Positions 40,261 through 49,360 of a stretch of 64,000 bases of DNA are shown here, one piece after another. Made by a program: the position numbers and the translations under genes. The notes beneath the pieces are model-generated. The model did not search any database. It was given only the letters and a program-made list of their open reading frames with translations, and was not told the DNA's origin. Position 1 is the stretch's first letter; each line of letters starts with the position of its first letter. Source of the DNA: Candidatus Saccharimonadota bacterium (GTDB taxonomy: Bacteria > Patescibacteriota > Saccharimonadia > Saccharimonadales > SZUA-47); assembly GCA_016700315.1 (NCBI GenBank), contig CP065013.1:853298-917297 (forward strand), given 5' to 3'.

Positions 40261-40656
40261 ATGGTAAGTTCAGATCCAATTTCAGATATGCTAACCCGCA
40301 TCAGAAATGCGATTGCCGTACGTAAAAACGAAGTTCGGATGCCACACAGCGGCGTAAAAGAGTCTGTTGCCAAGGTATTGGCTGACAATAAATATCTTCA
40401 GTCAGTCGTTGTAGATGACAGCGGCGTATTCAAAGAACTAGTTATTAAGATTAATGAAGACACCCAAAATGCCACTATAACTGAGATTGAGCGAGTTAGT
40501 CGCCCAGGACGACGAGTCTATATGGGATCAAGTGAACTTCCTCAAGTAAAGCAGGGAAGAGGGCTGTTGATTGTTTCAACTAGCAAGGGTGTTATGACCG
40601 GTGCAAATGCTCGAAAAGAGCGTTTGGGCGGTGAAGTAATTTGTAAAGTATATTAA
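40261..40656 (+). CDS. rpsH: 30S ribosomal protein S8
   Basis: DPISDMLTRIRNA. Confidence 0.96.
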   Translation: MVSSDPISDMLTRIRNAIAVRKNEVRMPHSGVKESVAKVLADNKYLQSVVVDDSGVFKELVIKINEDTQNATITEIERVSRPGRRVYMGSSELPQVKQGRGLLIVSTSKGVMTGANARKERLGGEVICKVY

Positions 40657-40752
40657 TTAAGATTAAGGATTAAAGATAAAAGATTAAAGAATCAATAAAT
40701 TCGTTAATCATCAATCGTAAATCATTAATCATTTAAATCGGAGATTTAAATA
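40657..40752. repeat. Short-word spacer with dyad symmetry between rpsH and rplF
   Basis: The first half reiterates GATTAA/AGATTAAAG. The second half reiterates the complement TTAATC/ATCATTAATC. Confidence 0.75.
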
Positions 40753-41292
40753 ATGAGTCGAATAGGAAAACTACCGATCCAAATCCCATCGGGCGTGACA
40801 ATCACTGTCGATAATGACCGTGTTCACGTTAAGGGCCCCAAAGGAGAGCTATCTACGCCCTTACTGGAAGGCATAACGCTTAACATTTCTGAAGGAGTTG
40901 CTGAATTAAAGCGTGCCAGCGAAGCACGTGAACACCGCGCAAGGCACGGGTTGCTTAGAACACTAGTGTCTAACATGGCCACAGGTGTAACCGAAGGTTA
41001 TAAGAAAAAACTAGAAATTCAAGGTGTTGGCTACCGCGTGGCTATGCAGGGCACTGACCTCAAACTTAACTTAGGTTTTTCTCATGACGTTATCTACAAG
41101 ATGCCTCAAGGAACTGTGGCAACTGTTGAGCAAAATACCATAACTATTAGCGGTATCGACAAACAACAAGTTGGTCAAGTAGCGGCCGAAATCAGAGCCC
41201 TAAAGAAACCCGAACCTTACAAGGGTAAGGGTATTCGTTACGAGGGTGAACGAGTCTTACGTAAGAGCGGTAAATCAGGGAAGGATAAATAA
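40753..41292 (+). CDS. rplF: 50S ribosomal protein L6
   Basis: MSRIGKLPI... Confidence 0.96.
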   Translation: MSRIGKLPIQIPSGVTITVDNDRVHVKGPKGELSTPLLEGITLNISEGVAELKRASEAREHRARHGLLRTLVSNMATGVTEGYKKKLEIQGVGYRVAMQGTDLKLNLGFSHDVIYKMPQGTVATVEQNTITISGIDKQQVGQVAAEIRALKKPEPYKGKGIRYEGERVLRKSGKSGKDK

Positions 41293-41415
41293 TGATGTTT
41301 GGCTATAGGGAAAAGAGCAGCCAGAGTTTGGATTTACTTCAAACCCTGCGCGTTGAGGAAAACCGTAGGTTGTCCTCAAAAGGCAAAGCCGCTAAACCAG
41401 GGAAGGATAAATAAT
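41266..41415 (+). repeat. Direct duplication of the rplF 3' end/SD region, flanking a ~104-bp insert
   Basis: The 18-mer CAGGGAAGGATAAATAAT occurs at 41276-41293 and 41398-41415. The flanks AGCGGTAAAT and AGCCGCTAAAC are also similar. Copy spacing is 122 bp. Confidence 0.85.
41292..41414 (+). CDS. Candidate 40-aa basic ORF created by the junction duplication
   Basis: MMFGYREKSSQSLDLLQTLRVEENRRLSSKGKAAKPGKDK. It starts at a TAATG overlap with the rplF stop, uses the same GGAAGGA SD context as rplR, and ends ...GKDK like L6. Confidence 0.3.
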   Translation: MMFGYREKSSQSLDLLQTLRVEENRRLSSKGKAAKPGKDK

Positions 41416-41416
41416 A

Positions 41417-41773
41417 ATGTCTGAATTAAAACTTGCAAAGCAAAATAAGCTCCGCCGACAGGCCAGAGTACGTAAAACCACTAAAGGCACCGAAGTCAGG
41501 CCACGACTTAGTATACACATCAGTAATCTTCATATTTCAGCACAGATAATAAACGATGACACCCATCAAACGCTAGCAGCCGCAACGACCGTCGGAGCAA
41601 AGCTCACGGGTAAGACAATGAGTGAAAAGGCCGCAATAATCGGCGCCGAAGTAGCCGGAAAAGCCAAGAAAGCTAAAGTAAAAACTGTTGTTTTCGACAG
41701 AGGCGGGAATCGCTACCACGGTAGGGTTAAGGCCCTAGCAGATGCAGCACGCCAGGAAGGATTGGACTTTTAA
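41417..41773 (+). CDS. rplR: 50S ribosomal protein L18
   Basis: L18 family (FDRGGNRYHGRVKALADAAR). Confidence 0.95.
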   Translation: MSELKLAKQNKLRRQARVRKTTKGTEVRPRLSIHISNLHISAQIINDDTHQTLAAATTVGAKLTGKTMSEKAAIIGAEVAGKAKKAKVKTVVFDRGGNRYHGRVKALADAARQEGLDF

Positions 41774-41774
41774 C

Positions 41775-42407
41775 ATGCAGTCATCTTATTCATCGGATAA
41801 TCCAAGGCAAGGTCGTCGTGGGCGCGACCAGGCGCCAGAGCCTAAGGAGTTTGACGAAAGAGTAGTTGCCGTCGATCGTGTTGCTCGTGTCGTAAAGGGC
41901 GGACGAAGGTTCCGTTTTCGCGCACTAGTTGTCGTTGGCGACAATAAGTCAAAAGTTGGCGCAGGTGTAGCCAAAGGAGCAGATGTCACTGCCGCAGTAA
42001 GTAAAGCCGCCGAAATTGCTAAAAAGAATTTTGTTTATATAGCGGTTACAAAAAATGAGGCCAAGACTATCCCGCACGAAGTCGAAGGACGCGTTGGTGG
42101 AGCTAGAATTTTGATTAAGCCAGCAACTTCAGGTACTGGTCTTATCGCCGGCAGCGTAGTTCGTACAATACTCGAAGTTGGAGGCGTTCAAAATGCTCTA
42201 AGCAAGAGCCTAGGTAGTAGCAACAAGATAAATATGGCTTACGCTACTCTAGAGGCTCTGGGAATTAGCCTACCAAAAGACAAATGGCTAAATAGTAGCA
42301 ACAAGAGTCAAGAGACAAGAGTCAAGAATGACGACAAAGCAGCTAAGAAAGAAGCCACAAAAAAGAAAACTCCAACCGCCGCTAAAGCTAAGGAGGGCAA
42401 CAAATAA
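41775..42407 (+). CDS. rpsE: 30S ribosomal protein S5 with Lys-rich C-terminal extension
   Basis: VVAVDRVARVVKGGRRFRFRALVVVGD. ATG 41775 is 1 nt after the rplR stop. Confidence 0.95.
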   Translation: MQSSYSSDNPRQGRRGRDQAPEPKEFDERVVAVDRVARVVKGGRRFRFRALVVVGDNKSKVGAGVAKGADVTAAVSKAAEIAKKNFVYIAVTKNEAKTIPHEVEGRVGGARILIKPATSGTGLIAGSVVRTILEVGGVQNALSKSLGSSNKINMAYATLEALGISLPKDKWLNSSNKSQETRVKNDDKAAKKEATKKKTPTAAKAKEGNK

Positions 42408-42877
42408 TGAAATACAACCAACTAAGCCTAAACGCCAACAAAAGCCGTAACCGCATTGGTCGCGGTATTTCTGCTGGACAAGGTAAAACTGCCGGTCGCG
42501 GCACTAAGGGTCAAAAATCTCGTACTGGTAAAACCGCAAAGCCTGGTTTCGAAGGCGGCTCAAACCCTCTAATGCAGAGAGTTCCAAAATTACGTGGTTT
42601 CAAACCATTTTGGGCAAGCGCAATTACTGTTACGACCGATAAAGTAGCTGAGTTGATCACCGTTACTAACGATAGTCTTGCAGAGGCCGGCTTAATTGAC
42701 AACAAACACTTATCCGTCAGATTGGTATTAGGTAAAAAGCCTGTTACAACGAAACTTAGTGTAAAACTTCAGGGTGCAAGCAAGATGGCCATAGCAGCTA
42801 TCGAAAAAGCCGGTGGAACTTTTGAAAAGATTGATCGCGTCGCTAGAGTTAGCGCCAAATCATCAGACACAAAATAA
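42407..42877 (+). CDS. rplO: 50S ribosomal protein L15
   Basis: GRGISAGQGKTAGRGTKGQKSR. It directly follows rpsE with no rpmD between. Confidence 0.95.
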   Translation: MKYNQLSLNANKSRNRIGRGISAGQGKTAGRGTKGQKSRTGKTAKPGFEGGSNPLMQRVPKLRGFKPFWASAITVTTDKVAELITVTNDSLAEAGLIDNKHLSVRLVLGKKPVTTKLSVKLQGASKMAIAAIEKAGGTFEKIDRVARVSAKSSDTK

Positions 42878-43002
42878 TTTTGCTATAATAAAAATAGTTA
42901 AATAATAATGAGAGGGAGCCGTTAGGTTTTAGTAATTAGTGTGTTTTTGGATTTAACCCCTAGACTAACAAATGCAAACCCAAGTAACGGTAAGCGTAGT
43001 AG

Positions 43003-44478
43003 ATGAACTGGAAGCTAATTTTTCAAAGTCTAAAACATGGCGACATGCGAAAGCGCCTGTTGGCAGTCATGGGTATGATCCTGATATTTCGTGTATTGGC
43101 ACAGATACCTATTCCGATTGGAAATGGCGAAACACTAAAACAGCTACTAGAAAATTTATTCACCGCTTCGCAAGGGTCGAGCTTACTCGGCTTTTTGAAT
43201 GTGCTCTCTGGCGGCGCTCTGTCCCGTTTTTCTATAGTACTACTAGGTTTGGGCCCGTTCATTAATGCCAGCATCATCATGCAACTTCTAACCCAGGCCA
43301 TACCTAAGCTGGAGGCCTTAAACAAAGAAGGTGAGTTTGGGCGCAAAAAAATCAATCAATATACTCGGCTTCTCGCGTTCCCGCTTGCCATCATTCAATC
43401 TGTTGGCGCGATTTACTTAGTACAACAAACTGCAACCCAGGTAGCTGGTGTCGGCAGCATCACTGCTGGCGCAAGCCCTCTGACCTGGTTTGTTATGGTC
43501 GGTGCACTTACTGCTGGCTCGATGCTTCTTATGTGGCTAGGTGAAATAATAACTGAGCAAGGTGTCGGCAATGGCATAAGTCTACTCATAACCGCTGGTA
43601 TCGTATCGTCACTTCCTAGTACAATTGCTAGCATTGGTTCGGCACTGTTCACAGGATCAGACACAACTAGAATATTTGGCATTACTATAAAAGCTAGCAG
43701 CGACACAATTATTACTGTTGGCGTTATTGCGTTCGTGACGGTGCTACTTACTTATTTTGTGGTTAAGTTAAATGAGGCCGCAAGGAAGATCACAATACAC
43801 TATGCCAAAAGAGTTCAAGGCAACAGGACGTATGGCGGAGTGACCACAATTCTACCAGTTAAGCTCATAACGGCCGGGGTGATTCCGATTATCTTTGCCT
43901 TGGCGTTTTTAAGCGTTCCAGCTTTTGCAGGTCAGCTCCTTACGACAAACAGTAGCGCGCGTTTGGCGGAACTCGGCGCCAATCTCTCGCTATGGTTCCA
44001 AAACCCAAGCGCCCAAACTTTTGCCCAAGGTGGTTGGATACCCTATATCTACCCAATCACTTACTTCTTCTTGGTCTTTGTATTTACGTATTTTTATACT
44101 TCTATTACTTTTAACACCAAGGAGATAGCCGAGAACCTACAGAAGCAAGGCGGATTTATTGAAGGCGTCAGAACTGGCAACAGCACCGAAAAGCATCTAA
44201 AGAAAACCATCAATCGCCTAACCTTTTTTGGTGCATTGGCTTTGGGCTTTTTAGCAATCGTACCAATCATCGGCCAAGTTTTCCTAAACACAAGCATCAG
44301 CCTTGGTGGAACTTCTATCTTGATCTTGGTAGCGGTATCACTTGAAACACTACGAGCAATCGAATCCAGGGCACTGATGGTTACTTATGATGACTATTCA
44401 AGACCAGATTTCTTCTATGGTGAAACCGAAAAATCTTCGAAGAAAAGATTTAATTTTCTAAAGCGTAAAAAGAAATAA
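43003..44478 (+). CDS. secY: Preprotein translocase subunit SecY
   Basis: 10-TM SecY pattern (GPFINASIIMQLL, WLGEIITEQGVGNGISL) with a basic C-terminal tail. Confidence 0.96.
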   Translation: MNWKLIFQSLKHGDMRKRLLAVMGMILIFRVLAQIPIPIGNGETLKQLLENLFTASQGSSLLGFLNVLSGGALSRFSIVLLGLGPFINASIIMQLLTQAIPKLEALNKEGEFGRKKINQYTRLLAFPLAIIQSVGAIYLVQQTATQVAGVGSITAGASPLTWFVMVGALTAGSMLLMWLGEIITEQGVGNGISLLITAGIVSSLPSTIASIGSALFTGSDTTRIFGITIKASSDTIITVGVIAFVTVLLTYFVVKLNEAARKITIHYAKRVQGNRTYGGVTTILPVKLITAGVIPIIFALAFLSVPAFAGQLLTTNSSARLAELGANLSLWFQNPSAQTFAQGGWIPYIYPITYFFLVFVFTYFYTSITFNTKEIAENLQKQGGFIEGVRTGNSTEKHLKKTINRLTFFGALALGFLAIVPIIGQVFLNTSISLGGTSILILVAVSLETLRAIESRALMVTYDDYSRPDFFYGETEKSSKKRFNFLKRKKK

Positions 44479-44484
44479 AACTCT

Positions 44485-44513
44485 TTACAGGGTGTGGTAG
44501 AATTTGCTATAAT
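44485..44513 (+). promoter_or_regulatory. Putative promoter TTACAG-N17-(TGc)TATAAT upstream of infA
   Basis: -35 at 44485-44490 and -10 at 44508-44513. Confidence 0.6.
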
Positions 44514-44531
44514 CAACCTTGAATATACTCT

Positions 44532-44753
44532 ATGGCTAGCAATAAGGAAGTGATCGAGCTTGAAGGCGTTATTGTAGAGACCCTTCCGGGTACTCAGTTT
44601 CGTGTCGAGCTCAACAATGGCCATCAGATTATAGCCCATGTCGCCGGAAGAATGCGCAAGCACTTCATTCGCATAGTACCTGGCGACCAGGTAACGGTTG
44701 AGCTGACACCTTACGATCTCAGTAAGGGTCGAATAACCTACCGAAAATCGTAG
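44532..44753 (+). CDS. infA: Translation initiation factor IF-1
   Basis: S1-like fold sequence: [33 protein letters not shown]. Confidence 0.96.
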   Translation: MASNKEVIELEGVIVETLPGTQFRVELNNGHQIIAHVAGRMRKHFIRIVPGDQVTVELTPYDLSKGRITYRKS

Positions 44754-44850
44754 TTTTATATATTAAGACTTACGAATTTAATAAATTAATGCAGTGAGTC
44801 CACCACTTAAAAAATATGGTGGATCCGGATGAAAGGATCATTAGTAAATA

Positions 44851-44967
44851 ATGAAAGTCCGTGCAAGCGTAAAAAAAATCAGCCCCGACGATAAGTTGGT
44901 GCGCCGTAAAGGACGCCTTTACGTTATAAATAAATTAAAGCCTAAACACAAGCAAAGGCAGGGATAG
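44851..44967 (+). CDS. rpmJ: 50S ribosomal protein L36 (38 aa, Cys-less form). Absent from the ORF track because it is under 60 aa.
   Basis: Manual translation gives [38 protein letters not shown]. The stop is 1 nt before the rpsM ATG. Confidence 0.9.
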   Translation: MKVRASVKKISPDDKLVRRKGRLYVINKLKPKHKQRQG

Positions 44968-44968
44968 T

Positions 44969-45355
44969 ATGGCTAGAATTTCTGGTGTAACCATTCCAAA
45001 CGAAAAGCAGATTCAGATTGCCTTGACTTATGTTTACGGCATCGGACCGAAGTTTGCTAAAGATGTTTTAGCGGCAGCCAAAGTCGATCCTACGGTTAGA
45101 GTAAAAAACCTGACTGACGAAGAGGTCTCTAGAATCCAAGATTATATTAACGAAACCTACACTGTTGAAGGTGAGCTTCAGCGCGTAGTTAGCACGAATA
45201 TTAAACGCCTTAAAGAAATCAAATCATACCGCGGATTGCGGCACGCCGCTAATCTTCCCTCCAGAGGACAGCGAACTCGCACCAACGCACGTACTAGGCG
45301 TGGTAAGAAGGTAACTGTAGGCGGAACGGCGAAGAAAGCGCCGTCTAAGACTTAA
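44969..45355 (+). CDS. rpsM: 30S ribosomal protein S13
   Basis: MARISGVTIP... Confidence 0.96.
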   Translation: MARISGVTIPNEKQIQIALTYVYGIGPKFAKDVLAAAKVDPTVRVKNLTDEEVSRIQDYINETYTVEGELQRVVSTNIKRLKEIKSYRGLRHAANLPSRGQRTRTNARTRRGKKVTVGGTAKKAPSKT

Positions 45356-45365
45356 GGGGTAAGTT

Positions 45366-45833
45366 ATGGCTGAAGAAGAGATTAAAACCACAGCTACTGA
45401 GACTACTGACACTCCTGTTAGTCAGGAAATGCCAGACAGTCCAGCTGCAACAGCACCATCAAAAAAGAAAAAACTGAAAAAAACTGTTGCTTACGGACAA
45501 ATGCATGTCCAGGCAACGTTCAACAACACCATTGTTAGCTTCACAGACCAAGCTGGAGGCGTATTATCGACGTCCAGCGCGGGTGCTTGCGGATTCCGCG
45601 GCAGCAAAAAAGGCACTGCATACGCAGCCCAGGTTGCGGCCGAAAAAGCTGCTAACGTAGCTAAAACCCAATACGGACTTTCAAAGGTAGACATTTTTGT
45701 TAAAGGTATTGGCCAAGGACGAGATATGGCGATGAGAGCTATTTTGAATATGGACATTGCTATTGAAAGCATCAAGGACGTCACCGGTGTTCCTCATGGC
45801 GGAGTTCGTCCAAGAAAGGCAAGGAGGAACTAG
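45366..45833 (+). CDS. rpsK: 30S ribosomal protein S11 with N-terminal extension
   Basis: HVQATFNNTIVSFTD...GFRGSKKGT. Confidence 0.95.
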   Translation: MAEEEIKTTATETTDTPVSQEMPDSPAATAPSKKKKLKKTVAYGQMHVQATFNNTIVSFTDQAGGVLSTSSAGACGFRGSKKGTAYAAQVAAEKAANVAKTQYGLSKVDIFVKGIGQGRDMAMRAILNMDIAIESIKDVTGVPHGGVRPRKARRN

Positions 45834-45834
45834 T

Positions 45835-46452
45835 ATGGCAAGAGATAGAAGCAGTATTGTTAAGCAGTCTCGCCGAGAAGGCTACGCTCTTCATCCTAAA
45901 GCACACAAAGCTTTAGTAAAACGCAGCGGAATGCCCGGCGCTAGTGCAAACGGTAGACGACCAAACAAACCTAGCCAATACGCGCTACAGATGCGCGAGA
46001 AGCAGAAAGTCAAAAGACTTTACGGTCTTCTTGAGAGACAATTTGAAAATCTAATGAAGGAAGCCTCCCGTTCTCGCGGCCAGACCGGCCAGACCTTGCT
46101 GAGGTTCCTAGAGCAGCGAGCCGACAATGCAGTCTATAGAGCAGGTTTAGCGCCTAGTCGTAGAGCCGCAAGACAGCTAGTTAGCCATGGACATTTCATG
46201 CTTAACGGACGCCGATTCGATATTCCTTCAGTAAGACTAGTTGCTGGAGACGAGCTAATAGTTCGTGATCACAGCAAAAGTAGCCAATATTTTAAGAATC
46301 TTGACACTGTCAGCCCACCGAGCGAAGTAACAGCTAGCTGGATTAACGCTGATCGCAAGAAACTAACAATCAAAGTAACCGGCGCCCCAACTCGTGATGA
46401 TGCGGAGCTCGGAATTAACGAACAATTAATCGTCGAGTATTACTCACGCTAA
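45835..46452 (+). CDS. rpsD: 30S ribosomal protein S4
   Basis: SD AAGGAGG before ATG 45835. S4 domain. Confidence 0.95.
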   Translation: MARDRSSIVKQSRREGYALHPKAHKALVKRSGMPGASANGRRPNKPSQYALQMREKQKVKRLYGLLERQFENLMKEASRSRGQTGQTLLRFLEQRADNAVYRAGLAPSRRAARQLVSHGHFMLNGRRFDIPSVRLVAGDELIVRDHSKSSQYFKNLDTVSPPSEVTASWINADRKKLTIKVTGAPTRDDAELGINEQLIVEYYSR

Positions 46453-46465
46453 AGGAGAGAACTTA

Positions 46466-47413
46466 ATGTCAAAAACTATTCACACACCTTCACTAGCATC
46501 AGTAACCGACCATGGTAAGACTTCGGCAACTTTTGTTATTGAGCCACTACACACTGGTTACGGTATGACTCTTGGAAACAGCCTTCGTCGAGTACTATTA
46601 TCTAGCGTCGCAGGCGCAGCGGTCACGTCATTTAAGATCGACGGTGCAACACACGAATTCACAACTATTAAAGGCGTCGTAGAAGACGTCATTGATATCA
46701 TGCAAAATCTCAAGCAAATTCGCTTTAGGGTCTACAGCGATGAACCACAAACACTACGTATCGAGAAGAAAGGTGCCGGCGCAGTAACCGCTAAGGACAT
46801 CAAGACTAATGCAGATGTTGAGATAGTAAACCCGGATCAGCTTATTGCCACTTTAGCCGACAAAGCTAGTTTTGGTGCTGATATTGTCGTCGACACTGGG
46901 CGTGGCTATCGCACCATCGAAGAATCTGGTGCACGACGTGCTAGCACTGACATGGTAGCTATTGACGCTATCTTTAGCCCAGTGCTTCGAGTTCGTTACA
47001 AAGTAGAGAATACACGCGTAGGACAAATGACTGATCTTGATAAGGTCGTCATGACAATCGAAACAGATGGCAGCATTTCACCTCAAGATGCTTTTGAAGA
47101 AGCTGCTGCTATTTTGGTTAATCAGTATACAGCGCTTGCCGGACAAACTCGTGTTGCTGTCAGTGCGCCGCTGGGTTCATCGCAGAAGTCGGCCGATACC
47201 GAGATAAGCGAAGATCCGGGCACGGCTAGCCTTAGTATGTCAATCGAGGATCTCAATCTAAGTGCTCGAACAACCAATGCGCTAATTAACAACGACATTG
47301 CCACACTAAAAGACTTAGTGTCGTTAACTGATGTAGAGCTACGAGACCTTAAAGGCTTTGGCAGTAAAGCCCTCGATGAAGTCAAACAATATATGGCGGA
47401 ATTGGAACTATAA
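46466..47413 (+). CDS. rpoA: DNA-directed RNA polymerase subunit alpha
   Basis: NTD/CTD organisation, LGNSLRRVLLSS. Confidence 0.96.
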   Translation: MSKTIHTPSLASVTDHGKTSATFVIEPLHTGYGMTLGNSLRRVLLSSVAGAAVTSFKIDGATHEFTTIKGVVEDVIDIMQNLKQIRFRVYSDEPQTLRIEKKGAGAVTAKDIKTNADVEIVNPDQLIATLADKASFGADIVVDTGRGYRTIEESGARRASTDMVAIDAIFSPVLRVRYKVENTRVGQMTDLDKVVMTIETDGSISPQDAFEEAAAILVNQYTALAGQTRVAVSAPLGSSQKSADTEISEDPGTASLSMSIEDLNLSARTTNALINNDIATLKDLVSLTDVELRDLKGFGSKALDEVKQYMAELEL

Positions 47414-47414
47414 G

Positions 47415-47891
47415 ATGCATAGACACGGATATAAAGGCAAGAAATTCGGACGAGAAACCGATCAACGGCGAGCGTTGATGAAGGGTCTCGCTGAATCACT
47501 TGTACTGCACGAAAAAATCGAGACTACTTTGCCTAAGGCAAAGGAAATCGTACCATACATTGAAAAACTAATTACTAAGGCTAAAAAAGGTGATCTTCAT
47601 AGCCGTCGACAAGTAATTGCCGATCTGATGACAGTAGAGGCCGCCCACAAATTAGTTGATGAGTTAGCGCCAAAATTAAAATCAAGAAACAGCGGTCATG
47701 TACGAGTTGAGCGAACAAGCCTAAGAAGAGGCGATAACGCACAATTAGCTACAGTCTCATTTGTTGAGTTCGATGCTGCGGTCAAAGAGGAAAATACTGC
47801 AACTGCAAAGACTGAGCAAACTCCAAAGAAAAAGCCGGCCGCTAAAGCTACCCAGGCTAAGAAACCTGCGGCCAAGAAGGAGGCAAAATAA
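47415..47891 (+). CDS. rplQ: 50S ribosomal protein L17 with Lys/Ala-rich C-terminal extension
   Basis: MHRHGYKGKKFGRETDQRRALMKGL. Confidence 0.94.
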   Translation: MHRHGYKGKKFGRETDQRRALMKGLAESLVLHEKIETTLPKAKEIVPYIEKLITKAKKGDLHSRRQVIADLMTVEAAHKLVDELAPKLKSRNSGHVRVERTSLRRGDNAQLATVSFVEFDAAVKEENTATAKTEQTPKKKPAAKATQAKKPAAKKEAK

Positions 47892-48340
47892 TGAATAAGA
47901 CTTACAGCGCCAAGCCTTCAGATGTGACTAGAAACTGGTGGGTTGTCGATGCTGCAGAAGTCCCACTTGGACGTCTAAGCACCAAGATCGCGACGCTTCT
48001 AACAGGCAAAGAAAAACCTCAATTCACTCATCACATTGATTGCGGAGATTTTGTGGTCGTCATCAACGCCGACAAGCTAATTGTTACCGGCAACACAGCC
48101 GAAACCGACAAAATGTACTATCACCACAGCGGTTTTCCGGGTGGTTTAACAGAGACAAGTTTAGCTCAGCAACGTGTAAAAGACCCTACTTTGATTATTG
48201 AGAAGGCCGTTAGAGGAATGCTGCCAGTCAACAAACTACGACCTGAAAGATTAAAGCGACTTAAAGTTTACGCTGGTAGTGAACACACGCACGCTGCCCA
48301 GAAGCCAGTAGCGGTACGCGTAGGAAAGGAAGCAAAATAA
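47891..48340 (+). CDS. rplM: 50S ribosomal protein L13
   Basis: WWVVDAAEVPLGRLST. Start overlaps the rplQ stop. Confidence 0.95.
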   Translation: MNKTYSAKPSDVTRNWWVVDAAEVPLGRLSTKIATLLTGKEKPQFTHHIDCGDFVVVINADKLIVTGNTAETDKMYYHHSGFPGGLTETSLAQQRVKDPTLIIEKAVRGMLPVNKLRPERLKRLKVYAGSEHTHAAQKPVAVRVGKEAK

Positions 48341-48341
48341 T

Positions 48342-48737
48342 ATGGCCGAAAGATATACTTACTCGCTCGGACGCCGCAAAAGCGCCGTAGCTAGCGTACG
48401 CTTAACAAAAGGCAAGGGCGAAATCACAGTGAACGGGAAACCAGCCAACGATTACTTTGCCGGAAGTGCCAGCTTGATGCATGAACTGTTTGCTCCTTTT
48501 AGAGCTATTGAAAATGAGAAGTCACACAACGTTTCTGTAAAAGTTACTGGCGGTGGCCATTCAGCACAAATTGACGCAATACGACTTGGAATTGCCAAGT
48601 GCCTAGCTACTGAAAAAGAAGAGCTCAAAAGCACGCTACGGCGAGCCGGGCAACTTAGCCGAGACACCCGAGAGAAAGAGCGCAAGAAGTTCGGTCTCAA
48701 AGGCGCCCGAAAACAACGCCAGTTTACCAAGCGATAG
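48342..48737 (+). CDS. rpsI: 30S ribosomal protein S9
   Basis: GRRKSAVASVRL...RKQRQFTKR. Confidence 0.96.
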   Translation: MAERYTYSLGRRKSAVASVRLTKGKGEITVNGKPANDYFAGSASLMHELFAPFRAIENEKSHNVSVKVTGGGHSAQIDAIRLGIAKCLATEKEELKSTLRRAGQLSRDTREKERKKFGLKGARKQRQFTKR

Positions 48738-48749
48738 GGTATTGTAAAT

Positions 48750-48944
48750 ATGAGTAACAGGAGCAACCCAAGTTTTGGTGAAATCCTTGACCACTATGTG
48801 TCTCAGGGGGAGACAAGATTAGATTTAATAATATCGTCTGACCCTGAAAAGTACAAAACAAAGGGCTTTGCCCAGAAGGCTTTTTCAAGGGGTAGGAGCG
48901 GGGGGGGGGGGGGGGGGGGGGGGGAGAACCTGGATGAGAGTTAA
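48750..48944 (+). CDS. Hypothetical 64-aa ORF whose 3' part runs through a G25 tract
   Basis: ORF only. The Gly8 run is encoded by the homopolymer, so the C-terminus depends on tract length. Confidence 0.3.
   Translation: MSNRSNPSFGEILDHYVSQGETRLDLIISSDPEKYKTKGFAQKAFSRGRSGGGGGGGGENLDES
48900..48924 (+). repeat. Homopolymeric G25 tract
   Basis: Counted directly: g at 48900 plus 24 g at 48901-48924. Confidence 0.98.
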
Positions 48945-49360
48945 TTTAGCATTTATCACTGGTATGTAAGCACTCAAAGTTGGCGGTATTGTTTATATTG
49001 AAAAATCATATTTAATCAGTTGAAGTGCTAACCTTAGCGGGGGTTTTTGTAAACATAACATTAATCAGGAAATTTAGTAGATGGATATACTAGTTAAACA
49101 AGACAGTAACGAAATTAAATCATTTTGAGTCCATGTTCAGCGGTGCTGGAACTCGATCAAATTTAATCAAAAAAGCTGCGTCCCATAGGCACTTGTAATA
49201 GACATTTTGACTTTCCGTCCACCTTTTACTGTGGAAGCCAGAACGTGACAATTAGTAGCACGTTGTGGAAGTTAGACTTATAAGTTGTACTTCAACGGGG
49301 TGTCGGTAGAACCTTCAAACCGTGACCCTATTGCTTCCACAAGTAACTAGTTGAAATGCC

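Noticed and set aside
40160-40267. 35-aa ORF (MKFTIFRSFQFSKAVARVSSLVTQGSKVTKGAIIW) inside the rpsN-rpsH spacer.
   Set aside because: It lies entirely in short-word repeat DNA, has no SD, and overlaps the rpsH start out of frame. The open frame is probably a by-product of the repeat composition.
33489-45784. Numerous antisense or alternate-frame ORFs of 60-184 aa inside the ribosomal operon (e.g. 36358..36912, 36317..36634, 38061..38414, 38524..38853, 39315..39698, 43023..43355).
   Set aside because: They fully overlap strongly conserved ribosomal-protein or secY genes, have low-complexity Ser/Arg/Leu-rich translations typical of antisense frames, and have no start signals.
49203-49222. Minus-strand GGACGGAAAGTCAAAA resembles the RNase P RNA CR-I motif (GAGGAAAGUCC).
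   Set aside because: Only an 8-nt core matches. I could not find the other universally conserved RNase P regions or a P4 pairing partner nearby.
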